Shown here: positions 1-9,569 of the stretch, piece by piece
How positions within the stretch are numbered: the stretch's first letter is position 1
Layout: each line of letters starts with the position of its first letter
NCBI GenBank assembly: GCA_002402455.1
Contig: DHFX01000006.1
Span: forward strand, 20,408-84,407
Length of the DNA stretch: 64,000 nucleotides
Direction: 5' to 3'
Origin: Candidatus Dojkabacteria bacterium UBA4813
Lineage (GTDB): Bacteria > Patescibacteriota > Dojkabacteria > SC72
Translations under genes and position numbers: made by a program
The notes under the pieces: generated by a model
Seen by the model: only the letters and a program-made list of their open reading frames with translations
What the model was told of the DNA's origin: nothing
The model's database searches: none

Positions 1-1
1 T

Positions 2-2107
2 GGAGAGAAAGTCAAAGAGCCATTTACAATTATCCTTCCCCCTCCCAATGCAAACGGGAATCTACATCTAGGACATGTATGCGGATATTCCTTTCATGAT
101 GTTATTGGTAGATACATGCGAATGACAGGTCATCCTACTCTACTCCTGCCTGGGAAAGATCATGCCGGTATACAAACGGAGACAGTTTTTGTTAAACATC
201 TTAAAGAACAAGGCAAAAGTAAAGAGGACTTAGGTAGAGAAAAATTCTACGAAGAGGTATACAAATTCTGTATGAGTAATATAGAAAATGCTAGGGAACA
301 GGAGAAAAGAATAGGACTCTCTGCAGATTACAGTAGGGAATTATTTACCCTAGACCCTAAACTTACAAAAATAGTGTATGAGACTTTTTATAAAATGTTT
401 GAAGAAGGACTAATTTATAGAGACAAGAGAATTATTAACCAATGTCCTAATTGTATGACTGCACTAGCAGATATAGATGTTGAACATGAAGAGAGAAGAG
501 GTATTTTTGCTTACATAATCTATCCTTTTGTAGAGGAAGGGGATAGAAAATTAGCAAAGAAACTTTTGGGAGTCGAAGGAATAACAGTAGCCACAACAAG
601 ACCGGAAACAATGTTGGGAGACACTGCAGTTGCTGTTAATCCTCAAGATGAAAGGTACAAGGTATTTGTAGGAAAGAAAGTTTTACTACCAATTGTGGAA
701 AGAGAGATACCTGTGATAGCAGACGAAGAAACAGATATGGAAACAGGAACCGGAGCCGTGAAAGTTACTCCAGCTCACTCCCCGGTTGACTTTGAAATTG
801 GTAAAAAACATAACCTAGAAATAGTGAATGTTATTAACGAAGAAGGAAAGATGGTTGGGGACATTCCTGAGAGATTTAAGGGGATGAAGACGGTAGAGTG
901 TTCCAAAGCTTTGTGTAAAGAGCTGGATGAAAAAGGTTTGTTAGTTAAAATAGAGAATATTAAACATGAGGTAGCCGTATGCGAACGATGTAGAACCCCT
1001 ATTGAACCGATAATATCTAACCAATGGTATTTAGATGTTTCTTCTTTAGCTAAGAAAGCTCTTGAGAATATAGAAGAGGGTAAATTAAAGGTGTTTCCTA
1101 AAGGACAGCAGAAAGCTCTGGTACACTTCTTTGAAGAGATTCAACCGTGGTGTATTTCCAGACAGTTATGGTGGGGTCAAAGAATTCCTGTATGGTATAA
1201 GGGCGGAAAGAAAAAATATGACGAGGAGGGTGGGGATATATCTTTAGGTGAGAATGCTCCGGATAACAGTGGTGAGTGGGAGGCTGAAACAGATGTCTTT
1301 GACACATGGTTTAGTTCAGGGCAATGGCCATTTTCTACTCTCGGGGGTCCGGGTTCTAAAGATTACGAAAAATATTATCCAACCCAGCTTATGATCCATG
1401 CTAGAGATATTCTTTTCTGGTGGTCTGCGAGAATGGTAATGATGGGTCTGTACAGAACAGGCCAGCTACCTTTCTTTGACATATTTCTTACCGGAATGAT
1501 ACTGGCTCCGGACGGTTCTAAGATGTCCAAGTCTAAAGGGAATAGTGTTGAACCAAAGGAAATCTTTGATAAGTACGGGGCAGATTCACTAAGACTCTGG
1601 TACTACTCTGACGCTTTACCAGGATCAAACGCTCCGGTGAGAGAAGAAAAGATTAAGGGAAACAGAAACTTTGTTAACAAGATTTGGAATGCTAGCAGGT
1701 TTATCCTTATGAATGTACAAGAGAGTGAGCTAGAGGAGATCTCAAGGAGAATAGAGTCTCGTATGGAAGAAACTGAGAGAATTAAAGAAACGAAAGAACA
1801 CGTTAAAAAAGTTGGTGAATATATTGAAAAATACCAATTTAATCTAGGAGCAGAGAAAATCAGGGAGTTTTTCTGGCATAAGTTTTGTGATATCTGGATA
1901 GAACAGGTAAAGGAGAGCATAGAGGGAGAAGAAATAGGAAGTGAAAGAAGGATTCAGTATCTTTCAGAATTACTCTATCTTCTCAAGGAAAATCTTAAGA
2001 TAATTCATCCGTTTATGCCTTTTGTTACAGAATCTATTTGGCAAGAACTTGTAAGATTGGGATTAGCAAAAGGGTTGTTAATGTCCCAGCAAATGATGTC
2101 CCGTTAG
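2..2107 (+). CDS. valS: valyl-tRNA synthetase (N-terminus outside window)
   Basis: The frame is open from nt 2 (GEKVKEPFTIILPPPNANGNLHLGHVCGY...), giving a class I HIGH motif as NLHLGH. KMSKSKGN is present. ORF-track entry 116..2107 is only the portion after an internal Met. A short ValRS without a long C-terminal coiled coil. Confidence 0.85.
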   Translation, partial: GEKVKEPFTIILPPPNANGNLHLGHVCGYSFHDVIGRYMRMTGHPTLLLPGKDHAGIQTETVFVKHLKEQGKSKEDLGREKFYEEVYKFCMSNIENAREQEKRIGLSADYSRELFTLDPKLTKIVYETFYKMFEEGLIYRDKRIINQCPNCMTALADIDVEHEERRGIFAYIIYPFVEEGDRKLAKKLLGVEGITVATTRPETMLGDTAVAVNPQDERYKVFVGKKVLLPIVEREIPVIADEETDMETGTGAVKVTPAHSPVDFEIGKKHNLEIVNVINEEGKMVGDIPERFKGMKTVECSKALCKELDEKGLLVKIENIKHEVAVCERCRTPIEPIISNQWYLDVSSLAKKALENIEEGKLKVFPKGQQKALVHFFEEIQPWCISRQLWWGQRIPVWYKGGKKKYDEEGGDISLGENAPDNSGEWEAETDVFDTWFSSGQWPFSTLGGPGSKDYEKYYPTQLMIHARDILFWWSARMVMMGLYRTGQLPFFDIFLTGMILAPDGSKMSKSKGNSVEPKEIFDKYGADSLRLWYYSDALPGSNAPVREEKIKGNRNFVNKIWNASRFILMNVQESELEEISRRIESRMEETERIKETKEHVKKVGEYIEKYQFNLGAEKIREFFWHKFCDIWIEQVKESIEGEEIGSERRIQYLSELLYLLKENLKIIHPFMPFVTESIWQELVRLGLAKGLLMSQQMMSR

Positions 2108-2199
2108 GGACAAGAATTTCTCAGGATAATTAAATAGTTATATAATCACATTAGGATTATATTTTTAATCTAAATTAACAAAGAAAAGAACGAAAAAGA

Positions 2200-3645
2200 A
2201 TGGAAAAAGAAAAATTATATATTACAACTACACTACCCTATGTTAATGCGGAGCCACACATTGGGCATGCGTTGGAGTTTGTACAAGCCGATGCTATTTC
2301 CAGATATTTTAGAAAAAAACTTGGGGAAGAGAATGTGTTCTTCAATGTAGGAACAGATGAACATGGGCAGAAAATCTTGGATAAATCAAAGAAAGAGGGA
2401 ATAACAGTTCAGGAATTTGTAGATAAATATGCTCAGAGATTTAAAGATTTTTGTGAATTATTCTTTGTGAAGTATGACCATTTCTACAGAACGTCTGATC
2501 CGAAGCATCATAAAGCAGCAAGGGAATTTTGGAGAAGGTGTGAGGAAAATGGGGATATATACAAAAAGAAATACAGAGGTCTTTACTGTGTTGGGTGTGA
2601 AAGGTTTCTTTTGGAAAAAGAGTTAGTGGACGGAAAATGTCCGGATCATGGTATAGAGCCGGAGATCAAGGAAGAGGAGAATTACTTCTTTAGGCTTACA
2701 AAATATAGAGACACTCTCCTTAAATGGTTGGAAGAAAAGCCTGATGTCTTAAAGCCAAGAAGGAAGTTGGATGAACTCAAAACAATAATTAGAGAGGCAG
2801 AGGATATAAGTATTTCCAGATTAAAAGAGAATCTTCCTTGGGGAATAGAAGTTCCTAATGATCCCGACCAGGTACTCTATGTTTGGTTTGATGCTCTTAC
2901 TAACTATGTAAATGTTATTGGGTTCGGAGAAGATGAAGAAAAATTAAATAGCTGGTGGCCGGGGATACAGCTTTTTGGTCCGGATAATGTAAGATTCCAA
3001 GGAAGTATTTGGCAAGGAATGCTGGCTTCTGTAGGACTCCCACAGAGCAAGAGGCTTTTAGAGCATGGCATGATTCTCGGACCGGATGGAAGAAAAATGT
3101 CAAAAACCCTAGGGAATGTCATCTCTCCTTTTGACCAGGAAGCAAAATTCGGAGCGGAAGTGGTCAGGTTTTACCTTTTAACAGGCATTGCTACATTTGC
3201 AGATTCTGCCTATAAAGAGGAGGAGCTTAAAAACATGTACAATTCTAGATTGGCAAATAACTTCGGGAATCTGCTTAACAGGACAATACATCTAGCAAAT
3301 AGTAAGAAGGTGGAGATTAATAATGTTAAAGCAGTTGAAAAGTCTTTTAAGGAGAAGGTTGATAGGTTAGAACAGGATATAAAGAAGTTTTATGATGAGT
3401 ATGAAATTGCATTAGCCGGAGAAAAAATTGACGAACTTGCTGACTGGGGTAACAAATATATTACAGAAAAAGAGCCTTGGGAAGAAAGCAAGAAAAAAGA
3501 GGAGGTAGAAACTATATTAAACAATCTCAGCTATCTTCTTCACGTTGTTTCTGAATTTTATGAACCCATAATTCCACTAAGCGCTATTAAGGCTAGGAAA
3601 GCTTTAGAGAAGAGAGAAAAAATAATTCTCTTTGAGAAGATTTGA
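2200..3645 (+). CDS. metG: methionyl-tRNA synthetase, short form
   Basis: N-terminal PYVNAEPHIGHALEFVQAD (HIGH) and KMSKTLGN (KMSKS) motifs. At 481 aa it lacks a C-terminal tRNA-binding extension. Confidence 0.85.
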   Translation: MEKEKLYITTTLPYVNAEPHIGHALEFVQADAISRYFRKKLGEENVFFNVGTDEHGQKILDKSKKEGITVQEFVDKYAQRFKDFCELFFVKYDHFYRTSDPKHHKAAREFWRRCEENGDIYKKKYRGLYCVGCERFLLEKELVDGKCPDHGIEPEIKEEENYFFRLTKYRDTLLKWLEEKPDVLKPRRKLDELKTIIREAEDISISRLKENLPWGIEVPNDPDQVLYVWFDALTNYVNVIGFGEDEEKLNSWWPGIQLFGPDNVRFQGSIWQGMLASVGLPQSKRLLEHGMILGPDGRKMSKTLGNVISPFDQEAKFGAEVVRFYLLTGIATFADSAYKEEELKNMYNSRLANNFGNLLNRTIHLANSKKVEINNVKAVEKSFKEKVDRLEQDIKKFYDEYEIALAGEKIDELADWGNKYITEKEPWEESKKKEEVETILNNLSYLLHVVSEFYEPIIPLSAIKARKALEKREKIILFEKI

Positions 3646-3668
3646 TGAGTCTAAATATGTGCTATACT
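3642..3668 (+). promoter_or_regulatory. candidate sigma70-type promoter for the downstream membrane-protein pair (TTGATG-N15-TATACT)
   Basis: ttgatg at 3642-3647 overlaps the metG stop codon. tatact lies at 3663-3668, 28 nt upstream of the ATG at 3696. The spacer is short (15 nt). Confidence 0.25.
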
Positions 3669-3695
3669 AAAGCAATAAAATTTTAAAACTGCCAT

Positions 3696-4274
3696 ATGTT
3701 TCAGAAAGAGAAACAGCCAAAATCTATTAACTTCATGGAAACTCTCTACGATCCTAGTGATGTTTGGGATAGTGCGTATATTTGGCTTGTTAGTATAGGG
3801 AAGTATCTTCTAATAGGGGTTCAAATAATAGTTTTAATTGTCTTCTTTTCCAGATTGGTGCTAGATGGAAGAAATAATGATCTAACTGAGGAGATTAACA
3901 ACAAGGTAGTTCTTCTTTCGAACGAAACTTGGAAGAGGAATGCTTTTTTGTTTGAAAATTATCAGATACTTTTAGGAGATATAAAAAATATAAGGGAGGG
4001 GCAGACGATTAACTCTCTTCAAATTAGAGAGCTTATTAGTGGGGTTCCAAGCAATCTTGTCTTAGAGGGACTAAGTTTCAGTGAAAAGCGCGTATCTTTG
4101 CGTCTTAGTTCTAACAATCTAAACAGTGTAAAGGATTACGAATCTTCCCTAAAAAATAATCCAATGTACGAAGATGTGAAGTTTTCAATAACTAAAGAGG
4201 ATGCTGAAATAAGTGTAGGGGTATCTTTTTATTTAAGTGAAGAAGGAGAAGTAAGTGGAAGAGCGGAAAATTAA
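3696..4274 (+). CDS. bitopic membrane protein, PilN-like (type IV pilus/competence assembly) candidate
   Basis: Short cytoplasmic N-terminus, one TM helix (YIWLVSIGKYLLIGVQIIVLIVFF) and a ~140-aa periplasmic domain. Translationally coupled (20-nt overlap) to the next bitopic gene. The PilN assignment rests on topology and size only. Confidence 0.35.
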   Translation: MFQKEKQPKSINFMETLYDPSDVWDSAYIWLVSIGKYLLIGVQIIVLIVFFSRLVLDGRNNDLTEEINNKVVLLSNETWKRNAFLFENYQILLGDIKNIREGQTINSLQIRELISGVPSNLVLEGLSFSEKRVSLRLSSNNLNSVKDYESSLKNNPMYEDVKFSITKEDAEISVGVSFYLSEEGEVSGRAEN

Positions 4275-4869
4275 CACAGCAGAATATATGAAAGTAATTA
4301 AGGAATCTCCCGATAAGAAGAGATCTTATATATTCTTTGGTTTTTCTATTTTAGTATCTATTGTTTTAATATTGTTTGCTATTAGGCCTACGGTGACAAC
4401 TATTGCTAGGATAAATAAAGAAATTAAGGAAAAAGAAAGAGTTAATTCCCTACTTGAAAACAAGATAAATACCCTTAATGAGTTGGATAAGCAATATGTT
4501 CCAAATAAAGAATCTTTTGAGGATTTGGAAATGATTTTTCCTGCAGGTGAGAATTTCAGCTTGCTTCTGGCAAATATGGAGTTGGTGACTACACGCAATG
4601 GACATAAGCTCTCTTCTATAAGTTTTGATGGATATAAAGGGAAAGATTATAATATAATTACAAAGGCTCTCAAGCCCTATACTATGACCTTTAGTGCTAG
4701 GGGAAAAGAGGAAAATATTTTAAATTTCCTACAAGAGCTAGAGGATCTTCCTATGTACCCTGTGATTGAGACTTTTTCCTATTCAACAGAGACGGCGGAG
4801 GACGGAACAAATGCATTTACTATCTCTTTGAGGATATATCATGTAGATAATGTAAATTTTTATAAGTAG
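4255..4869 (+). CDS. bitopic membrane protein with post-TM coiled coil, PilO-like candidate
   Basis: TM helix (IFFGFSILVSIVLILFAI) followed by a coiled-coil segment (INKEIKEKERVNSLLENKINTLNELDKQ) and a C-terminal globular region. Overlaps the upstream gene by 20 nt. Confidence 0.35.
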   Translation: MEERKINTAEYMKVIKESPDKKRSYIFFGFSILVSIVLILFAIRPTVTTIARINKEIKEKERVNSLLENKINTLNELDKQYVPNKESFEDLEMIFPAGENFSLLLANMELVTTRNGHKLSSISFDGYKGKDYNIITKALKPYTMTFSARGKEENILNFLQELEDLPMYPVIETFSYSTETAEDGTNAFTISLRIYHVDNVNFYK

Positions 4870-4872
4870 GAT

Positions 4873-5118
4873 ATGGATATTATCAAAAAAGCAACAGTTC
4901 CTTTGATTATGCTTTTAGTTCTTGTGGTTGTTTGGGTTGGGCTTTACATTTACTATGAGAGTTCCGATATAGAGATTAATCCTCAGGCAGATTCTTATAT
5001 ATCGCAATTACAAAACAGTTTTGACTTAGAAGAATTGGAGGAAGTTAGTAAGAGAACAAAGGATCATTTTCCTGTTCTTCCTGAAGTATTCTTTACTCTT
5101 GTAGGAAGAAGAGATTAG
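4873..5118 (+). CDS. small single-TM membrane protein (81 aa)
   Basis: ATG 3 nt after the upstream stop, with a hydrophobic helix ([20 protein letters not shown]). Its stop overlaps the rpoD stop by 4 nt (convergent). Confidence 0.3.
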   Translation: MDIIKKATVPLIMLLVLVVVWVGLYIYYESSDIEINPQADSYISQLQNSFDLEELEEVSKRTKDHFPVLPEVFFTLVGRRD

Positions 5119-6194
5119 TCAATATAATCATCTAACTTCTGTTGTGCAGATTTCTCCTTGAGTTTCTTTAGAGCCTTAGCCTCAATCTGTCTAATTCTTT
5201 CTCTCGTAACTCCAAACTCTTTCCCGACTTCCTCTAATGTTCTTGAGACTCCGTCGTCTAAACCAAATCTTAGTGAGAGTACTCGTCTTTCTCTATCTTG
5301 GAGACTATCTAAGATGTCTCTAAGTTGGTTCTTTAAGTATTCTCCGGTTGCGTAATCCTCGGGTGATTGGGACCAGTCATCTGGGATAATATCTTGTAAT
5401 TTGCTGTCCTTCTCTTCGCCTATTGGTGTTGCAAGGGATGTCGGGTTTTGTTTTATTTTTCTTATCTCTGCGATTTTTTCTATCTCAATATCCATCTCTT
5501 TTGCAATTTCTTCATCTGTGGCAGGGCGACCAAGCTTTGTAGCAAGGATATTGCTTGTTTTATTAAACTTGTTTATAGTTTCTATCATGTGGACCGGGAT
5601 ACGAATGGTTCTTGCCTGATCTGCGATGGCTCTTGTAATCGCCTGTCTTATCCACCAAGTAGCATATGTAGAGAATTTAAATCCTTTTGTGTAGTCAAAC
5701 TTTTCTACAGCCCTCATTAGGCCGATGTTTCCTTCTTGAATAAGATCTAGTAATTCTAAATTGCTCTTACTATATTTCTTAGCGATACTAACAACTAATC
5801 TAAGGTTTGCAGTAATTAGGAGTTGAGTTGCCTCTTTGTCTCCATTTTCTATCCTTTTTGCTAAAATAACCTCTTCTTCGCCTGTTAGTAAGGGAATTCT
5901 TCCGATTTCGTAGAGGTAGGATCTTATTGCATCTGTAGAGATATTTGTTTGAATGTTCTTGAGTATTCTAATTTTCTTCTCTAGGGTTAGTTCCTCTTTC
6001 TCTTGTGGTTCTATATCTTCCTCGGGTTCGAGGACTTCAATTTCGTTTTTTTGGAGTTTCTCAAAGATTTCATCTAAAAGGTCTATATCTTCTTCTATTG
6101 TAGGAAAAACATCAAGAAGATCTTCTTGGGTTAGAAAGCCCTGGTCTTTCCCTTTCTTAATAAGGTATTTGATGGATTTACTTTTATCTGACAT
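5115..6194 (-). CDS. rpoD: RNA polymerase sigma-70 factor
   Basis: Region 2 ([44 protein letters not shown]), region 3 and region 4 ([31 protein letters not shown]) are clearly recognisable. Confidence 0.9.
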   Translation of the reverse strand: MSDKSKSIKYLIKKGKDQGFLTQEDLLDVFPTIEEDIDLLDEIFEKLQKNEIEVLEPEEDIEPQEKEELTLEKKIRILKNIQTNISTDAIRSYLYEIGRIPLLTGEEEVILAKRIENGDKEATQLLITANLRLVVSIAKKYSKSNLELLDLIQEGNIGLMRAVEKFDYTKGFKFSTYATWWIRQAITRAIADQARTIRIPVHMIETINKFNKTSNILATKLGRPATDEEIAKEMDIEIEKIAEIRKIKQNPTSLATPIGEEKDSKLQDIIPDDWSQSPEDYATGEYLKNQLRDILDSLQDRERRVLSLRFGLDDGVSRTLEEVGKEFGVTRERIRQIEAKALKKLKEKSAQQKLDDYID

Positions 6195-6204
6195 TCAGGG
6201 TATA

Positions 6205-6213
6205 TGGTATAAT
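6205..6213 (+). promoter_or_regulatory. extended -10 element (TGGTATAAT) driving a nearly leaderless downstream ORF
   Basis: tggtataat at 6205-6213 matches TGnTATAAT. The ATG at 6223 is ~9 nt downstream. The element lies 11 bp from the divergent rpoD start codon (6192-6194). Confidence 0.35.
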
Positions 6214-6222
6214 ATTTTATAT

Positions 6223-6561
6223 ATGAACAAGAAAGATAATAACACATTCGGAGATAAGGAGTTCTTTCTGGATGCTCTGTCGAAGTTTTGTGATAAGTGT
6301 GGCACTGAGTATCGTCCCGAAGATATTAATATCGTTCAAAACACTGGTGTTTCGGCTATTATACACTTTTCTTGTCATAATTGTAAATCACAGAACCTTG
6401 CTACATACATTTTTCCAATAGGTATGAGTAGTAGATCTCCTTTAAATGTAGATCTTAGCTTTGAGGAACTAAAGAAATTTGCTTCCCAAAACAAGGTTTC
6501 TTTGGATGAGATTCTCGAAGTTTATACACAATTAAAAAAGAAGTCAAAAATCTCTGTTTAA
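6223..6561 (+). CDS. small zinc-ribbon protein (CxxC-x22-CxxC)
   Basis: In-frame ATG at 6223 within track ORF 5953..6561; the upstream part of that ORF is antisense to rpoD and is discarded. CDKCGTEYRPEDINIVQNTGVSAIIHFSCHNCKS forms a four-Cys ribbon. Confidence 0.5.
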   Translation: MNKKDNNTFGDKEFFLDALSKFCDKCGTEYRPEDINIVQNTGVSAIIHFSCHNCKSQNLATYIFPIGMSSRSPLNVDLSFEELKKFASQNKVSLDEILEVYTQLKKKSKISV

Positions 6562-6572
6562 TGGGAAAAGTG

Positions 6573-9569
6573 CTAATTAGGAATTCTCCAAATTACTGGA
6601 AACTCAAGATCCTTGTTGAGTTCAAATCTCCCTGAGAGTTGGTTACTTATACTATTTAATCCGGGAGAACTCTCCAAATTCCATGTGGATGGGTACGTGA
6701 TATCCAGTTTGTAAGCGTACTTCTTTTCTCCGGGTTGTTTAAAGAGGTTTATATCAAAGAATGCATTCTGTTCCTGTATCACAATTGGAAAGTTAGAATC
6801 TCCCTCTTCTCTCTCTATTCTGTAGGAGATATCTAGGGTCTTTATTGACTTAATAGGTGTGTTAAACCAACCACCAATCACTTTAAAACCACTCTCCCTG
6901 TAAACGGAATATTCATTATCTTCAATTCCACTAATTCTTAATATTTTTGCCTGAGGAGGAATGTATATCCTTTGGTAATTTATATAATCTCCTTGTGGGT
7001 AAACATTTTCAGTAGAAGAATTCTCTACAGTTATGGAATATATATAATCTATGGTGTTTTCATCTTTTATATTTATTGTTAGGGAGTAATTTTTATCCAA
7101 ATATAAGTTAGCTTTATTTCCCCCCCAGTTCCAATCTATTGATATTGGGGCATCATTGTATTTATTACTCATGGAATTTGCCCAGTCTTTGGAACTAAAG
7201 AAGTTGTAGGCATCTTTATTTTTAAATGTAGCCTGAAGATGCTTTTCGTTTAAAGTTTTCTCAAAGATGTCTGCTATTTCCATGAGGTCTGTGACATCCA
7301 TAGAAAGTAGCTTTTTAACTATCTCATTTGCGAGATTAGCTAGGAAGGTTGTTTTTTGAGTTGAACCGGGGACAAACTCTTCATGCATTTGGAAAATTTT
7401 ACTGTTGAGATTCTCACTAGTGACAAGTTCTGTCTCTCCGGGGACTTCTATGCCACCCCATCTTTCTAAGAGCTCTTCAATAAAGGAGACATCTATTGTT
7501 ATTACCCCCTCAAGAGAACTACCCTTACCAAGTTCGTAAATAAACGGTTCTGCCTCTGTGAGTGTGTCGGACAGATCGGGATACCAGTTTACCAAAGAGA
7601 ATGGCCAATCAGTTATCTCTAATGCATTAGACATGCTTCTGGGAGGTGTGAATCTTTTGTTCTGAACCTTCAGAGTCCCATCTGCATTGTATATATCGTC
7701 AACGAAAAGTTCTCTTATTTGACCTCCTTCTATGCCTATAATTCCGTAACTTGTTAGCCAACCACCCGTACTTCTAATCTCTCCTTCGTTTTGGAAGAGA
7801 ACAAGGTATCTTTTCCTTTCATCTACTCCGAGGAGGTCTGGGAGGAAAGAGTTCACTGCTTTAAAGGATTCGGTTCCTTCTTCAATCTGAGAGATAATTT
7901 CTTTGAACTCTACTATCTTGTCTTGTAAAACCTTTGGAAAGACTGTTGTATTAAGGTTTGTTATTATCTCAGAGGCTAGGGAGATTCTGTAATCAGCCTC
8001 TTCTAGTTTATAACTGTTTTTCTCCATCTCCTCTAAGTAACTCCTATATTCTCTTGTTGTTGTGGGAGTGGAAGTTTGGAAATCCAGAGCGGGTTCAAAA
8101 TCCTGCATATATTGTGTTAAGGGGTATATAGCATCTACTAATTGTCTAGCTCCTTGTGTGGTGTATTGAGCTCCGAGAATTAACTGCGTAGTGTTGTCAT
8201 ACAGTTCGTCTTTTCCTAATAGTTGAAACATCCAGTACATCTGGTCTACGCTCCGTCCTACTCTGTCAACATTTTTCTCTAAGGGTTCTATTTCCTGAGA
8301 GCTTTGTATTTGACCAATGTCTAAGATTGAAATTGAAAGGTTTTTAACAGAGGAATTAATTAAAAGCAACCCTATCAATGTCCCAACTATTGGATATATT
8401 ACAAAATAAGTCACTGCTATTAGTAAGATAGTTGTTAGAAAAATTTTTATTGTCTTTTTTGTATCTATCTTTTTTTCTTTCGTTTTCTCGGAGACTTTTT
8501 TAAATGGAGAAAGAATGGAAAAAAGGAATTCTCCAAGCTTGGTTTTTCCTACTTTAACGGTCTTTTTTTGTTTTATCTTTTGTGGAGTTTTATTTATGTC
8601 CCATGTCTTATTAGTTGCCTCGTAGTACTTCTGTATCTGTTCTACAAGGGCTTCTTCAAGATCTACCTGTTGACTCCAACCATAGTTTGAAGCATGAGGT
8701 GCTGGAACATAAAGATCTTGAATAAGAAATTGTTCTTGGGGATTCTCTACAAAACGGATAGTCTGCGCCTCTGTGTTAAGTTCCAAAAGTTTGTAAGCTA
8801 ATGAAAGGGTTGTATAATTATTCTTATTAGCCAAAGATATTACTTCTCCTTTGGTGTTGTCCGAGAAAGATAATTTTAATATCCCATAGGTAGCGTCTGC
8901 CTCATGTATCAAGGAGTGTAGATCTAGCCCTTCCCCTTTTATAGTGATCTGATTTCTCTGGACGGAGTCAGTAAGAAGGTTGTCTAAAATTTCATTGTTT
9001 ACTTTCTCTATTCCCCTGCCAATAATGGTTCCGAGTCTAATGATTCTAAGGTTAATATTAGATTTATCTCTAAACTCTGCAACTAGCGTCTCGCAATATT
9101 TTTGAAGTTCCATTGCAGAGTAAGGAGATGGTGTGGACAGTTGTTCGTTGTTTACCCTATTTGCTAATTCTCTGTTTAGTGCGAGGGAGGTAATTAAAGA
9201 GAATTTCCCATTGTTTTTTCTAGTGTTAGTAAGTGTTTCCTCTAGAATTTTAGTTTCATTTAGGAACTCTTTGCTGTCAAATTCTTTTTTATCTAGTCTC
9301 TCATTTAGAAAATAGAAAAGGTAATCAAACCTTTTAACGTTTTTAAAGAGGGAATTAAATCCCTTAAAATCAAAAAAATCAAAAAGTTCAGATTTTTTAA
9401 GTTCTGAGAGATATCTCCTGGTTTTACTGTTAAATTTGTCTATTATAACAACATAACAACCTTGGTCTATAAGAGTTTTGGCTGTTAAATAACCTACCCT
9501 GTTTCCACCATGAATTATTATGGCTATCGGTGTTTGTGGACTTATTTTGTTTAATCGTAAATTACTCAT
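6573..9569 (-). CDS. 998-aa envelope protein: N-terminal NAD(P)-binding Rossmann-like domain, TM segment, large extracytoplasmic domain
   Basis: IAIIIHGGNRVGYLTAKTLIDQGCYVVIID is a GxxGxxG Rossmann signature. A hydrophobic stretch (IKIFLTTILLIAVTYFVIYPIVGTLIGLLLI) lies near residue 375. A ~600-aa C-terminal region contains a GGWLTSYG motif and, from memory only, resembles the DUF4012-type domain seen in cell-wall polysaccharide loci (unverified). Confidence 0.55.
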   Translation of the reverse strand: MSNLRLNKISPQTPIAIIIHGGNRVGYLTAKTLIDQGCYVVIIDKFNSKTRRYLSELKKSELFDFFDFKGFNSLFKNVKRFDYLFYFLNERLDKKEFDSKEFLNETKILEETLTNTRKNNGKFSLITSLALNRELANRVNNEQLSTPSPYSAMELQKYCETLVAEFRDKSNINLRIIRLGTIIGRGIEKVNNEILDNLLTDSVQRNQITIKGEGLDLHSLIHEADATYGILKLSFSDNTKGEVISLANKNNYTTLSLAYKLLELNTEAQTIRFVENPQEQFLIQDLYVPAPHASNYGWSQQVDLEEALVEQIQKYYEATNKTWDINKTPQKIKQKKTVKVGKTKLGEFLFSILSPFKKVSEKTKEKKIDTKKTIKIFLTTILLIAVTYFVIYPIVGTLIGLLLINSSVKNLSISILDIGQIQSSQEIEPLEKNVDRVGRSVDQMYWMFQLLGKDELYDNTTQLILGAQYTTQGARQLVDAIYPLTQYMQDFEPALDFQTSTPTTTREYRSYLEEMEKNSYKLEEADYRISLASEIITNLNTTVFPKVLQDKIVEFKEIISQIEEGTESFKAVNSFLPDLLGVDERKRYLVLFQNEGEIRSTGGWLTSYGIIGIEGGQIRELFVDDIYNADGTLKVQNKRFTPPRSMSNALEITDWPFSLVNWYPDLSDTLTEAEPFIYELGKGSSLEGVITIDVSFIEELLERWGGIEVPGETELVTSENLNSKIFQMHEEFVPGSTQKTTFLANLANEIVKKLLSMDVTDLMEIADIFEKTLNEKHLQATFKNKDAYNFFSSKDWANSMSNKYNDAPISIDWNWGGNKANLYLDKNYSLTINIKDENTIDYIYSITVENSSTENVYPQGDYINYQRIYIPPQAKILRISGIEDNEYSVYRESGFKVIGGWFNTPIKSIKTLDISYRIEREEGDSNFPIVIQEQNAFFDINLFKQPGEKKYAYKLDITYPSTWNLESSPGLNSISNQLSGRFELNKDLEFPVIWRIPN

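Noticed and set aside
5953-6222. Upstream two-thirds of track ORF 5953..6561
   Set aside because: Antisense to the rpoD 5' coding region and Ser-rich. The plausible gene begins at the in-frame ATG at 6223 behind an extended -10.
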